Position numbers and translations under genes: made by a program. Positions 39,684-49,398 of a stretch of DNA of 64,000 nt are shown piece by piece (position 1 is the stretch's first letter; each line of letters begins with the position of its first letter). Location: positions 310,001 through 374,000 of the IMG/VR virus record IMGVR_UViG_3300050821_013430; one strand, given 5' to 3'. The notes below the pieces were generated by a model. That model made no database searches. It saw nothing but the letters and a program-made list of their open reading frames with translations, and had not been told where the DNA came from.

Positions 39684-40025
39684 TTACCTCGCTTTACCGC
39701 AATTCAATGAGCCACACTGCGGACATGGATTAGCCATCGGCACATATGGACGAACGCATGCACAATCGGGATTGTATGCGTGCGCCTCGACAATTCCCCA
39801 CTTCTCCCACTCAGGGAGGATCTTCCTCGAAGAGGAGTTTGTGGGAGGCTTCTCTCCGGACTTCCACCCTAAGATGGTTTCACCGGGAGCATTGGATAGC
39901 ACCATGGCAGGGATGCTCCGAGTGGTCGGAGCGATATTAGCGTACCCCTTCTCTTGTAGGTACATCTCAATAGTCTCGCCAACTTCGCAATCACGAAACC
40001 TGGGCACGACGACCTCCACAATCAA
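39684..40025 (-). CDS. Variant-tail protein (CPQCx4C), family A-like
   Basis: LGWKSGE...CPQCGSLNCGKAR*. Confidence 0.65.
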   Translation of the reverse strand: MIVEVVVPRFRDCEVGETIEMYLQEKGYANIAPTTRSIPAMVLSNAPGETILGWKSGEKPPTNSSSRKILPEWEKWGIVEAHAYNPDCACVRPYVPMANPCPQCGSLNCGKAR

Positions 40026-40320
40026 CGCGATGGCATTGAGGACAATGCTCCATCAATCGGAGTATCTTGGTTTGTCGGGCTGAGTAGTACCACCCAATCG
40101 GCTGGGATGGATCGAAACCAAACTCCCTTGCCTTGTCTTCCAATCCGGAGAGTTGGTGGAGATTGGACTTGGCCTCAGTCTCTGTGTTGTAGTAGGGGGT
40201 GTCGAGGGCAAACTTACGAGTGCCACCATCAATACTGCCAATCAGCGTCGCCAATCTCTTCTCTCGTCCCTCAATCTCGATTTCCACCACGTCGCCAACT
40301 TTCAGTTCCGTTATCTCCAT
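39991..40320 (-). CDS. Variant-tail protein (CPQCx4C), family A-like
   Basis: ELKVGDVVEI...ATLIG...CPQCHRVDCGG. Confidence 0.7.
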   Translation of the reverse strand: MEITELKVGDVVEIEIEGREKRLATLIGSIDGGTRKFALDTPYYNTETEAKSNLHQLSGLEDKAREFGFDPSQPIGWYYSARQTKILRLMEHCPQCHRVDCGGRRAQVS

Positions 40321-40334
40321 GGCTCGTCTCCTAA

Positions 40335-40750
40335 GTTAGGGAGCCCCGTTAGCAGCGCTGCCTTGTACCTTTGTCCTTCTCACCACGGGGCGACGATGAG
40401 AAGTGAGACCGATATGGGGTGGCTATTCTCGGTCTATCCTGTTCGTGTGCCACCATACGGAGCCCACCTTTTGGGATGGGCGTCATTAGAGGTCATCAGG
40501 CGTGGCAGCTATTCCACGGTCTCCTGCGGGAGCAACTCATTACCCAACCAGGCAAGTCAGATGCCGCAGCACGTTGCCTGAGAGTTGAATAGCAAGTCCC
40601 TGATGACCAGAGGGAATGGCAAGGTTCGCATCTTGCTTTCATCGAACAGGTGATCCACCACGAGCCTGTCCGACTATCTTCCTCGCGAAAGGAGAGCGAG
40701 GCATTCCCAACACCATCGGTTTAGACTCCAAGATGGCCTAAGGAGTTTGA
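40335..40750 (-). ncRNA. Candidate structured ncRNA or leader (about 400 nt); strand inferred
   Basis: No credible ORF; many nested perfect stems and a pseudoknot. Confidence 0.55.
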
Positions 40751-40951
40751 GGAGGATGTTCCCTGGCTTAGAGGGTATCTACATCGTCCTCGTTTCATCG
40801 GTCGCCTCCGTGGGCGCCGATAACTCGTGAGCATGGCACTTCTTGCCGAACTTGGCATGCCACCAGAGATGCCATCGTCGGAAGTAGTATCCAACGAAGG
40901 GGATGGCAGACATCAGAGCATAGGCTTCATCTTGACAGAAGTGCATCGAAA

Positions 40952-41314
40952 CTACCGCTTGCTGAGATAGGTTCCCAGTGCGCGAAGAGCCTTTCTCGTA
41001 GGCTGCACCACGTACTGATCACCCAACACCGCGGCCACGGCGAGAAACTCCTTGCCAGTTTCGGCGAGAGGCTTTTCGGTAGAAGGAGTGGTGGTCGTTT
41101 CCAGAGCCTTGAACTCGGGAACATATTCCACCTTGATGCTGACCCCATCGACCAGGGTGGGGAATCCGGTAGGAACCGAATCCACCCCATTGAAAACGAC
41201 GCGGAGAGCATTATTGCCATCCGTGTCCTTGGTCAATCCCACGGTCAATTCGGGATAGGTCTTGAGCAGCGTTTCCTTGGCAGCCTGGGCTGCCTCTTTG
41301 GTAATCTTCGTCAT
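40952..41314 (-). CDS. Stand-alone homolog of the Nal1-like protease prodomain
   Basis: TVGLTKDTDGNNALRV...VDGVSIKVEYVPEFKAL resembles SVGITRKGKENILAL...VGGECEFKVIPEMCAF. Confidence 0.6.
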   Translation of the reverse strand: MTKITKEAAQAAKETLLKTYPELTVGLTKDTDGNNALRVVFNGVDSVPTGFPTLVDGVSIKVEYVPEFKALETTTTPSTEKPLAETGKEFLAVAAVLGDQYVVQPTRKALRALGTYLSKR

Positions 41315-41419
41315 TGGTTGAGTCTTTCTTGGGTTAGGGTGAATTTACTGAGAGGTGAGGATATAGAATGTGGTAGGGGTGATTTGGGCAGTAGTAAAAC
41401 ACGAGTAATTGAGGATGAG

Positions 41420-42409
41420 ATGACGAAGAGCAGGGGCATTAGGAAGCCGTTTACAGAAGAGGAACAGAACGCAATCTGCGTAGAATACAGTGGTGGCGCG
41501 CTTATGGGCAGTCTAACAGAGAAATACAGGCGTTCTGCGAATACGATTAGGAAGTGTCTTGTAGCACACGGTGTTCAGAGTATTGATCATCACGTTGGTC
41601 CATCCAAGTACATCTATAACACGCAAGTCTTCACCAACGAAGATGACATCAGCTACTACCTGCTCGGAGTATTCATGACCGATGGATGTGTTCGGTTAGA
41701 CGTTCAGAAACGGAAGGGCAAAGAGTACCCCTACTATCGCGTCTCTTTGACCAGTAAAGATGGGGATTGGATGGAAACCATCACCGATCTCATTTGTACG
41801 GGGAGAAAACCAACCGAACGCAAAACTCGCAACTGCTACGAAGTAGAGTTCAACTCCGGTGAGATAGCACAATGGTTGATGAGTAAGGGATGTTTGCCCC
41901 GGAAATCTCTTACTTTGCAGTTCCCAGATGTTCCGCCTCAATATCTACCTGACTTCTTGCGTGGTGTAATCGATGGTGATGGTATGGTTTCAATGACTAA
42001 ACCAGGACGCATAATGACAATGCGTTGCGCCGTATTCACGGGAAGTCTTGATTTCGCTAATGGTATTGAAACAGCGATCAGAACACTTGGTGTTGAAAGC
42101 AAGATACTCGTCCGCAAGATGCAACCCAGACTCATTGGAGATCGAATGGTTCTCTCTGAGAGAGATAACTATGCGGTGCGTCTGAAAAACGGTGAGAACG
42201 CCTGCAAGCTCCTAAAACTCGCCTATTACTCAGGACATCGGCTTGCCTTAGCGCGTAAGGCAAAGACAGCCCAAGAGCTGATCGCATATTGGGAACGAGA
42301 GTTCCGATGCGTTGATTGCGATCAGCTCTTGGTCATTGGCAAGAGATCGCGTTGCACGAAATACTGCGACGGATGTCGCATCACACGCACAACGACCAGG
42401 ATTCAGTAA
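41420..42409 (+). CDS. LAGLIDADG homing endonuclease with N-terminal HTH
   Basis: YLLGVFMTDGCV and DFLRGVIDGDG; GAGG SD before ATG 41420. Confidence 0.88.
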   Translation: MTKSRGIRKPFTEEEQNAICVEYSGGALMGSLTEKYRRSANTIRKCLVAHGVQSIDHHVGPSKYIYNTQVFTNEDDISYYLLGVFMTDGCVRLDVQKRKGKEYPYYRVSLTSKDGDWMETITDLICTGRKPTERKTRNCYEVEFNSGEIAQWLMSKGCLPRKSLTLQFPDVPPQYLPDFLRGVIDGDGMVSMTKPGRIMTMRCAVFTGSLDFANGIETAIRTLGVESKILVRKMQPRLIGDRMVLSERDNYAVRLKNGENACKLLKLAYYSGHRLALARKAKTAQELIAYWEREFRCVDCDQLLVIGKRSRCTKYCDGCRITRTTTRIQ

Positions 42410-42412
42410 GCC

Positions 42413-43351
42413 TTATCCTATGATCTCTACGCCAAGAGTCTTGACTACGGCGTCCATGTAATTCAGAAGCGTAATCTGGCCCCCGCCCGCATATAACAAC
42501 CCAAATGGCCGATTACTGCCATTCATCACACAACAACTTCCCGAGTCGCCTCCGGAACTATACAGACCGCCGATGCCCGTCACTTCGATCTGATCCTTGA
42601 ATCCAAGGACTCCGCGTCGTCCGTAATTGACTCGCACATTGTCCAGCTCAATAGCGGTAATGTGGCCCAGAGTCTTTCCGGTGGTACGACCGAACTTGGC
42701 CACTTCCTGGCCCGGCTCGATCTCGTCATGGTGCATGACTCGCTTGTCCAACTTGCCCAAACCATGGACAGTGGAAGGATCGTACTTGACTCCATCCACC
42801 AATGTCGCCACTGCGGCGTCGACGACGTTTCCACGGCTCTGCAACTTGACCCACTTGGTCAGCTTGGCCACCGTATCGGACTCCTTGCCACCGTCATGCT
42901 TGCCGGGCTGATAGATAGCATCTCCCTCCTTGGCATAGTCGCAATTGGCGAGCACGTGATTGTTGCTGAGAACGAAAACGGTCTTGCCCTTCTGAGCAAA
43001 GCATCCGGTTGTTCCTGCCGTGATCTCGTAGTGCCCGATGCTGGCACCGATTCGGAGCGGACGATTCTTGCGCTGTCTCCAATCGGGGAGATCATCCGGA
43101 TTGCCGAATGCACACATCTCCGGAATCACCTTGAACTCGCATTCACCACCGACCAACTTGTGCACCAAGCCAGCCACCATTCCGAACGCACTCGCCTTGT
43201 CCGCTCTCAGGGCCAGGATGTTCTCCTTACCCTTGCGCGTGATTCCGACCGAGACGCTTCCGAAACCCATCGGGTTGGTGGTCATTGCCACCATCGAAGC
43301 CACCTGAGACAACACCTTGGATTTGCATTCGCGAACTGATTCCATCTTCAT
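42413..43351 (-). CDS. Trypsin-like (S1, Nal1-like) serine protease with prodomain
   Basis: LSNNHV (His), VDAAVA (Asp), GGDSGS (Ser), GRTTG. Confidence 0.88.
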   Translation of the reverse strand: MKMESVRECKSKVLSQVASMVAMTTNPMGFGSVSVGITRKGKENILALRADKASAFGMVAGLVHKLVGGECEFKVIPEMCAFGNPDDLPDWRQRKNRPLRIGASIGHYEITAGTTGCFAQKGKTVFVLSNNHVLANCDYAKEGDAIYQPGKHDGGKESDTVAKLTKWVKLQSRGNVVDAAVATLVDGVKYDPSTVHGLGKLDKRVMHHDEIEPGQEVAKFGRTTGKTLGHITAIELDNVRVNYGRRGVLGFKDQIEVTGIGGLYSSGGDSGSCCVMNGSNRPFGLLYAGGGQITLLNYMDAVVKTLGVEIIG

Positions 43352-43402
43352 GATCGTTCCTCTTTCCTTGTTAGGCCGCACTAAGGCAGCACTTGTTGCG
43401 TT

Positions 43403-43711
43403 TCACTTGTCGTCTGCTGTTCGCATGATGGCTTCGTACTTGCACGAATTACACTTGTAGTGGAAGTGCGATCTTGGGAAGCAGAAGTCATCGCAGAGTG
43501 GATAATCCGTTCCATTGCAGGCGATTGATCTGCACTTGGGACACCCGTACCCAACATAACTATGACCACGCTCTACATAGTCCTCCCATAGGAACTTGTG
43601 GGAGAACGGCTCCTCAATCTTGGGCTTCTTCCACTTCGACCAGCCTTTACTCATACTGAGGGTAGAGACTACACCAGCCGCGTAGCAGATGGTATCAACC
43701 AGGATAGTCAT
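43403..43711 (-). CDS. Membrane-anchored Cys/His-rich protein
   Basis: CPKC...C...C..SHFHYKCNSC; paralog of 32708..33136. Confidence 0.6.
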   Translation of the reverse strand: MTILVDTICYAAGVVSTLSMSKGWSKWKKPKIEEPFSHKFLWEDYVERGHSYVGYGCPKCRSIACNGTDYPLCDDFCFPRSHFHYKCNSCKYEAIMRTADDK

Positions 43712-43971
43712 GGGTGTTGTTCTCCGCATTGGGGGCACACCTTGCTTTTGAGACGGGCTCGGACTGTCTCGATGCCTGAATTGCGTCTTGCGCAAAGACC
43801 CTCACCACCCATCGATTGCCAGTGTTCCCGCCGATACTCCTCGATTTCAAGGCCCATCTCATTGAACACCAACTCAGCGCAAGATGGGCATGCCAGGGTA
43901 TAACCACTGCCTGGCAGCCCATACTCACACTCAATCAGTTTGCCGCAGACTGCACACGGGCGCGGGCTCAT
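43708..43971 (-). CDS. CxQCxxxH-tail protein, family B
   Basis: CAVCG...CPSC...CPQCGEQHP*; coupled to Clp stop. Confidence 0.75.
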   Translation of the reverse strand: MSPRPCAVCGKLIECEYGLPGSGYTLACPSCAELVFNEMGLEIEEYRREHWQSMGGEGLCARRNSGIETVRARLKSKVCPQCGEQHP

Positions 43972-46187
43972 GTCAGTACCAGTTTCCCATCCACCACATC
44001 CACCAATACCGTCCTGCCATTCTCGAAACGACCAGCCACGATCAATTCGGAGATGGGGTCTTGGATGTTCTTCATGATGGAACGCTTCAACGGGCGGGCG
44101 CCGAAACGCGGCTCGTAGCTGATATCCACCAACATCTGCTTGGCTTCGGGAGTCAGGTTGACCTTGGTCTTCCTGTTCTCCAACACCTTCTCCAAGTTGC
44201 GTAGTTGGATATCCACGATGCCCGTCAGATTCTCCTTGGTCAGCGGCTGGAAGACCACGATGTCATCAATACGATTGATGAACTCCGGTCGAAGGTGCTT
44301 CTTCACCTCTCCCAACAGGGTCTCCTTCAATTCCGCCACTCCTTCCGCCGAAGCGAAAGTCTCTGGGCGTTCTTTGGCCACATCCAAGATCAGCGGAGTG
44401 CCGATGTTGGAGGTCATGATTACCACGGTGTTGGAGAAGTCCGCAGTCTTACCACGACCATCGGTGAGTCGCCCATCATCCAGAACTTGGAGCAGGAGAT
44501 TGAACACGTCCGGGTGCGCCTTCTCCACCTCGTCGAAGAGGAGAACGGAGTATGGACGCTTCTTGACCGCCTCGGTAAGGTGGCCACCGGCCTCCGAATC
44601 GGCATAACCAGGAGGCGCACCAATCAACCGTTGAGCCATATGACGCTCCTGAAACTCCGACATGTCGAATCGAGTGAGAGCCTTCTCATCATCGAAGAGG
44701 AACTCAGCGAGTGCTTTGGCCACTTCCGTCTTTCCGACACCGGAACTTCCCAGGAAGAGGAAGGATCCAATCGGTCGGGTGCCCTCTCTCAATCCAACGC
44801 GAGACCGACGCACCGACCTCGATACGGCTCCGATGGCTTCGTTCTGTCCAACCACCCTCTTGCCGAGAGTGCCTTCCATCTTGGACAACTTCTCGTTCTC
44901 CGCTTCCATCATCTTGGATGCAGGGATGCCAGTCCAATCCGAGAGAACGGATGCCACGTCGTTATCCTCCACCAATTCGGCGGATCGGATCCGACACTTA
45001 GAACCCGCTTCGTCAATCAGGGAGAGGGCGGATTCCGGCAGGAACTTGTCCTGCACGTATCGCTTGGCCAGTTTGACTGCTGTTCCTGCCGCAGCCTCAT
45101 CGATCCTCAGACTATGGAAGATCTCGTATCGAGGGTAAAGAGCCTTGACGATCTCGGTGGCGAAGTCGAGAGAAGGCTCCTCGATGTTGAGCACGGTAAA
45201 GTGCTTCAACAGATTGGTATCCTTCTCCTGCACCTTCTTGTAAGAGCCCGGAGTGGAAGAGGCAAAGAATCGCGTCTTGCCGTTCATCAGGATGGGTTTC
45301 AGACAATCAGAGAGGTTGCCAATGGCTGCTCCCTGATTGACCACCGCTTCGATTCCGTCTATGAACAGGATGACATCGTTCTTCAACAGAGCGACAACTT
45401 GCTTGATCCTCTCATCAACTTCGCCTCTGGCCTTGACGCCTGCGAAGAGTTCGTTCATCTCCAATTGCAGAATGGAGACGTGTTTCAGATTGGGCGGGAC
45501 GTTGCCGGAGTTGATCGCCTTGGCCAGAGCCATGACGATGGTGGTCTTGCCCACGCCATACTCACCCACCAGGATAGGGTGGTTCTTGGAATGACGACCC
45601 AAGATTTGGATCAGCCGCTTCAACTCCTTCTCTCGACCTACCAATGGATCGGTATCCGTCTTGGCCAGAAGAGACAAGTCCTTGGTGTACTTGCCTACTC
45701 GGGAAGCCTGCTCGCGCTTACCCTGTAAGAACTCGTTGAATGGATCGAAGGCTCCCTTGTTGAGCGAGAAGGTCTTCAACAAGGTATTGGCCGCACCATT
45801 GACTTCGGCTGAAACCAGAGAGAGGAGATCCTCGATCTGAATCGGATTGCCATCCTTCCGCTTCTCGATCTTGGAGAAGAGGGAGAGGAGACGACCGGGC
45901 CAATAGGCGTGCTCGTTTTGCGTCTTGGGAAGAAGAGTGAGCGAGCTCTTGATGGCTGCTTCGCATACCAGCAGATCAATGCCGAGCCTCTCCAAGATCT
46001 CCTTGACCACATCCATCTCGAAGAGACAGGCGAAGATATGGATCGGGTCGACGACTTCGTGGCGATTCTTGTCCGCCAGTTTCTCCGCCTTGACCATGAT
46101 CTCTCGTGCTTCTCGCGCGAAAGTCTTCAAGTCAAGCGACTTGACCTTCTCAGTCGCAGTGCCGTTCTGGGTAGCGTTGTTCTCCAT
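43968..46187 (-). CDS. ClpA/ClpB-family AAA+ ATPase, atypical
   Basis: Clp N-domain; GEYGVGKT; GSSGVGKTE; LLFDEVEKAHPDVF; FRPE-like and GARPL motifs. Confidence 0.92.
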   Translation of the reverse strand: MENNATQNGTATEKVKSLDLKTFAREAREIMVKAEKLADKNRHEVVDPIHIFACLFEMDVVKEILERLGIDLLVCEAAIKSSLTLLPKTQNEHAYWPGRLLSLFSKIEKRKDGNPIQIEDLLSLVSAEVNGAANTLLKTFSLNKGAFDPFNEFLQGKREQASRVGKYTKDLSLLAKTDTDPLVGREKELKRLIQILGRHSKNHPILVGEYGVGKTTIVMALAKAINSGNVPPNLKHVSILQLEMNELFAGVKARGEVDERIKQVVALLKNDVILFIDGIEAVVNQGAAIGNLSDCLKPILMNGKTRFFASSTPGSYKKVQEKDTNLLKHFTVLNIEEPSLDFATEIVKALYPRYEIFHSLRIDEAAAGTAVKLAKRYVQDKFLPESALSLIDEAGSKCRIRSAELVEDNDVASVLSDWTGIPASKMMEAENEKLSKMEGTLGKRVVGQNEAIGAVSRSVRRSRVGLREGTRPIGSFLFLGSSGVGKTEVAKALAEFLFDDEKALTRFDMSEFQERHMAQRLIGAPPGYADSEAGGHLTEAVKKRPYSVLLFDEVEKAHPDVFNLLLQVLDDGRLTDGRGKTADFSNTVVIMTSNIGTPLILDVAKERPETFASAEGVAELKETLLGEVKKHLRPEFINRIDDIVVFQPLTKENLTGIVDIQLRNLEKVLENRKTKVNLTPEAKQMLVDISYEPRFGARPLKRSIMKNIQDPISELIVAGRFENGRTVLVDVVDGKLVLT

Positions 46188-46440
46188 TGGTCTTTCCCTT
46201 TCAGGTTGGGGTAGTCAGATCACCAATAGCGTTCCAGATGGATGATTGGTGTTTGGTGTAGTCCTGGTAGGCAGATGTACCTGCGATGATCTTTCAGGTA
46301 GAGGCGATGGACGCGAGCAAGACACTTGCGGCAGCGTCGAACATCAGGCCCCGAGGTATCGAGGAACAGGTATTGGCACACCCATCGAAAGAGATGGGAG
46401 AACCATTGGAAGATGGCTTGCATTGAACTGCCCTAAGTGG

Positions 46441-46764
46441 TTAGAGATTAGCCACAATAGCGTTCAGAACTTCACGCACATAGGTGGCGTTGGATCCGAA
46501 TAGCGCTGACTTTACGAGGGTGATACTCTGGCCAAGAGCGGCCATCGGGGGCATTCTCTTATGGGCAATCTCGTTCTCATTCAGAACCCGAATCTTGCCC
46601 TTCAAGTTCTGAATAGCGGCTTGACGACTCTTCTCGGGGATGCGGCCCAACATAAAGCGAATCACGTCAGCAAGATAGCGGCCGGTCAGTGCGGAAGCCG
46701 TAGCACCCTGAGAAACAAGGCCATACTTGGTCTCCATCTTCGCTGCTAAGTCTCTGACACCCAT
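46441..46764 (-). CDS. Phage hypothetical helical protein
   Basis: AGGA SD; ORF track. Confidence 0.6.
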   Translation of the reverse strand: MGVRDLAAKMETKYGLVSQGATASALTGRYLADVIRFMLGRIPEKSRQAAIQNLKGKIRVLNENEIAHKRMPPMAALGQSITLVKSALFGSNATYVREVLNAIVANL

Positions 46765-46785
46765 ATCCTAATGCCGAGTTATCCG

Positions 46786-46974
46786 TCAGTGAAACTGGCC
46801 ACACTGAGGGCAAAGAGTGCCTCGTTCATCGCGGAAGTACTGTACCAGACTGGGAACGAAGACGCCGTTTTCACAAGGCCAATGACACCAAGCGATCGGA
46901 TCATCGGCGTAATGAGAGCCATAGTTCTCACCACAAGCCAAACACTTGGTGTCCATCGGTATATTGACCTTCAT
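46786..46974 (-). CDS. CxQCxxxH-tail protein (CxxC..GxH subgroup)
   Basis: CLACGENYGSHY...CPQCGQFH*. Confidence 0.7.
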   Translation of the reverse strand: MKVNIPMDTKCLACGENYGSHYADDPIAWCHWPCENGVFVPSLVQYFRDERGTLCPQCGQFH

Positions 46975-47747
46975 TGCCGTTCCTTCTCCTCCAACTTGCC
47001 CCATTGCTCGTAGAAGTCTGCTGATAGATCGAGTTTGGTTGCCTTCGTCTTCATCATCTGATCAATGGCGTAAGCATACTCATTGATGAACCATTGCCGT
47101 TCGAAGGAGCGACCAGACTTGATCGCGAACTTGGACGTCTCCTTGCGGGACTTCCTTATCTCCCACTCCCCCATCATCCAATGACAAGCGTCTCGAATGA
47201 TCTCGCCGAGTCTGCATGCTGGCCCTACGAACACTTGACGCCACGCTTCCGATAGAGACCTGCGTTGCTTGCTCCATAGTCCCGAGAAGTCCCGATAGTC
47301 TATCGACCAGGTGTTAGAGTGAGGCAGGCGATACGAGACCAGAGGGGCTCCGAGTTTCACCATCGCTTGCTTCCACGCATCTCCATGTCCGTGCTCATGA
47401 GAGAGAAGATGGGCTACCTCATGCCGCATCAAACGCTCATCCCATATCTGCTCCAAGTGAGGGAAACAGATCACTCCGGATTCAGAATGAGCGTGGGCCA
47501 TATGCTCATCGTACTTCCACGCGGTCTCCACATCGTAGTAGCAACTGCCGATATGAATCACCTTCAACTCATCGAAGGCTTGCAGGTATCGAGGCCACTG
47601 CTCTCTTGATAGAGGGTATCGGTAAACGACTATCTTCGTTCGCAGAGGGTCGGGACTAATGGACAGCGTATACCATCCCCACCAAAGCAGGAACCACGCT
47701 GCGAGAAAGGCAGCAGATTGGACGATGATGCGGAGTTCGTAGGTCAT
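46971..47747 (-). CDS. SprT-like zinc metalloprotease with N-terminal TM
   Basis: LMRHEVAHLL...HGHGDAWKQAMVKLGA. Confidence 0.65.
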   Translation of the reverse strand: MTYELRIIVQSAAFLAAWFLLWWGWYTLSISPDPLRTKIVVYRYPLSREQWPRYLQAFDELKVIHIGSCYYDVETAWKYDEHMAHAHSESGVICFPHLEQIWDERLMRHEVAHLLSHEHGHGDAWKQAMVKLGAPLVSYRLPHSNTWSIDYRDFSGLWSKQRRSLSEAWRQVFVGPACRLGEIIRDACHWMMGEWEIRKSRKETSKFAIKSGRSFERQWFINEYAYAIDQMMKTKATKLDLSADFYEQWGKLEEKERQ

Positions 47748-48041
47748 AGGTACCTGACCTCAGTTGTCCTTCTTGGGAGTGTAGAGATCAGGAAAAGCGT
47801 TCGGCGTAGACACCATCGATCGGTAAAGCGGAAAGTGCTGTACCAGTTTGACGTCCCCATCTCGCTTCTCTTGCACCTTGGCCTTGGCTCCTTCGAGGCA
47901 GAGACCGAGACACTTGGCTACGCGTTCATCAGGCGTCATTGGAACTTCTCTTTCAGCCACATCGCCAGTAGCGTGCATCGTACCCGAAGCCACACCTTGA
48001 ACAGACTCCAACGAGACCAATGCTTGGTCAGCTCAGACCAC

Positions 48042-48299
48042 TTACGATGGCCCATGAATCCCTCCGCACTGCGGACACAATAGCGACTCGATTCGTTTGG
48101 CTGGTGGAGAGCCACGGCCCTGCCACGCAAACCCCTGTCTCTTGGAATATCCGTCATCATCGTAGTCCTGTACGTCTTTGATCAGATGGCCATGCTTGAC
48201 ATAACAAGCACGACACCAGATGATGTCTTCGTCATTGGCATGACAAGTGGCCAACGAATTGGTGATGACTGCTTGGCAGAGATTGCAGGATGCGCTCAT
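48042..48299 (-). CDS. CxQCxxxH-tail protein, family B
   Basis: CNLCQAVI...WCRAC...YDDDG...CPQCGGIHGPS*. Confidence 0.75.
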   Translation of the reverse strand: MSASCNLCQAVITNSLATCHANDEDIIWCRACYVKHGHLIKDVQDYDDDGYSKRQGFAWQGRGSPPAKRIESLLCPQCGGIHGPS

Positions 48300-48544
48300 A
48301 GGTGCAGCCTTCCACATTGGGAACAGCACAATGGCTGAATACTCCACCAAGTCGTTGCATTGCGACTCCACCAAGCAAACCCGTGTCTGCTGGAAAAGCC
48401 ATCGTCATCATAGGTCAGGAAGTCCTTGATCAGATGGTAGCGCTCCACGAAACAGGTACGGCACCAATTGACGATGTTGGAATGATCGAAAGCCAATGGC
48501 CCAATGATGGTGGCTTGGCAGATCTGACAAGTAGCAACACTCAT
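48296..48544 (-). CDS. CxQCxxxH-tail protein, family B
   Basis: CQICQATI...WCRTC...YDDDG...CSQCGRLHL*; tandem paralog. Confidence 0.75.
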   Translation of the reverse strand: MSVATCQICQATIIGPLAFDHSNIVNWCRTCFVERYHLIKDFLTYDDDGFSSRHGFAWWSRNATTWWSIQPLCCSQCGRLHL

Positions 48545-48801
48545 AGATGAATCCTTCCACATTGAGGACAAACCTCAGGGTCTTGATCGAAGAAGTTGCC
48601 TGGACTTTTGTTCGGCAGCAACTCTCTCACTCGTGCGTCCAAACATCCGAGCACGCCCGCCACTTCTTTGGCCTGATGCCAGGTCAGCGGCTCAGGATTC
48701 TTAGGGTCTTGCAAGCCGTTATGAAAGGGGAAACGACGGTTAGTCCAACGATAACTGCCATCATAGTTCTTGACCCAAACTCCAAACACTCGTGTACTCA
48801 T
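48541..48801 (-). CDS. CxQCxxxH-tail protein (family C, FxVW..RWT)
   Basis: VFGVW...RWT...RELLP..SPGNFFDQDPEVCPQCGRIHL*. Confidence 0.8.
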   Translation of the reverse strand: MSTRVFGVWVKNYDGSYRWTNRRFPFHNGLQDPKNPEPLTWHQAKEVAGVLGCLDARVRELLPNKSPGNFFDQDPEVCPQCGRIHL

Positions 48802-48832
48802 AGATGCACCTTTCTGGCACTAACGAAGTTGA

Positions 48833-48946
48833 TGCGGCTCTTTGATTGGGAGCCGCAAGACCAATCTTCCCTGGCCGGAGAAGAGGGTGCATCGAGATAC
48901 CGGAGCGACCGGCGCGAGCCTAACACGTAGCAACATCCCAATCAAA
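48833..48946 (-). ncRNA. Stem-closed structured element upstream of family C gene
   Basis: tttgattggga/tcccaatcaaa 11 bp; competing tgcggctc/gagccgca hairpin. Confidence 0.45.
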
Positions 48947-49398
48947 CCGGCAAAGAGTGTTGGCTTCTGCCAGCCCGCAATTGGAACGCTTCTCTCGATG
49001 ACGACAGGTTGTCCGGCTATTCACGTACCGGACTGAAAGGCTACTCGACCCAGAGCGGTTAGTCGTTCGCCTCAACGGATGGACTGCGTGTCTATCGGAC
49101 GCCATGCTTGACCTAAGAGCATGGGAGGACTTGGGAAAATTGGCGAGGAAGCAAGAGCCCTAATATCCATGTTTGAGAAGGAAGGACTCTTTGGCTCGCC
49201 TAACATTGACGGTGGGGAAGCAGAGACCGTAGGTTCATTATCTTCGTGCCCATAAGAGACCGTTCCTTTCTGAGTGAATTGAAGAGGCTTCCGGCCAACT
49301 TGTCGATTGCCCACCAGCCATCCAATCCCCATCACAGAGATTGGCGTGCCGGGCCCAAGGCCCGGTGCTAATGGATCGGTTTACCGGCGAAGCCTCAG

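Noticed and set aside
40595-40650. CTGATGA as a hammerhead ribozyme core
   Set aside because: No matching GAAA and stem II/III geometry; the segment pairs perfectly with 40491-40500 instead.
40952-43351. LAGLIDADG as a group I intron or intein splitting the protease
   Set aside because: It is antisense, the protease has its own stop and complete triad, and no intron core or intein ends are seen.
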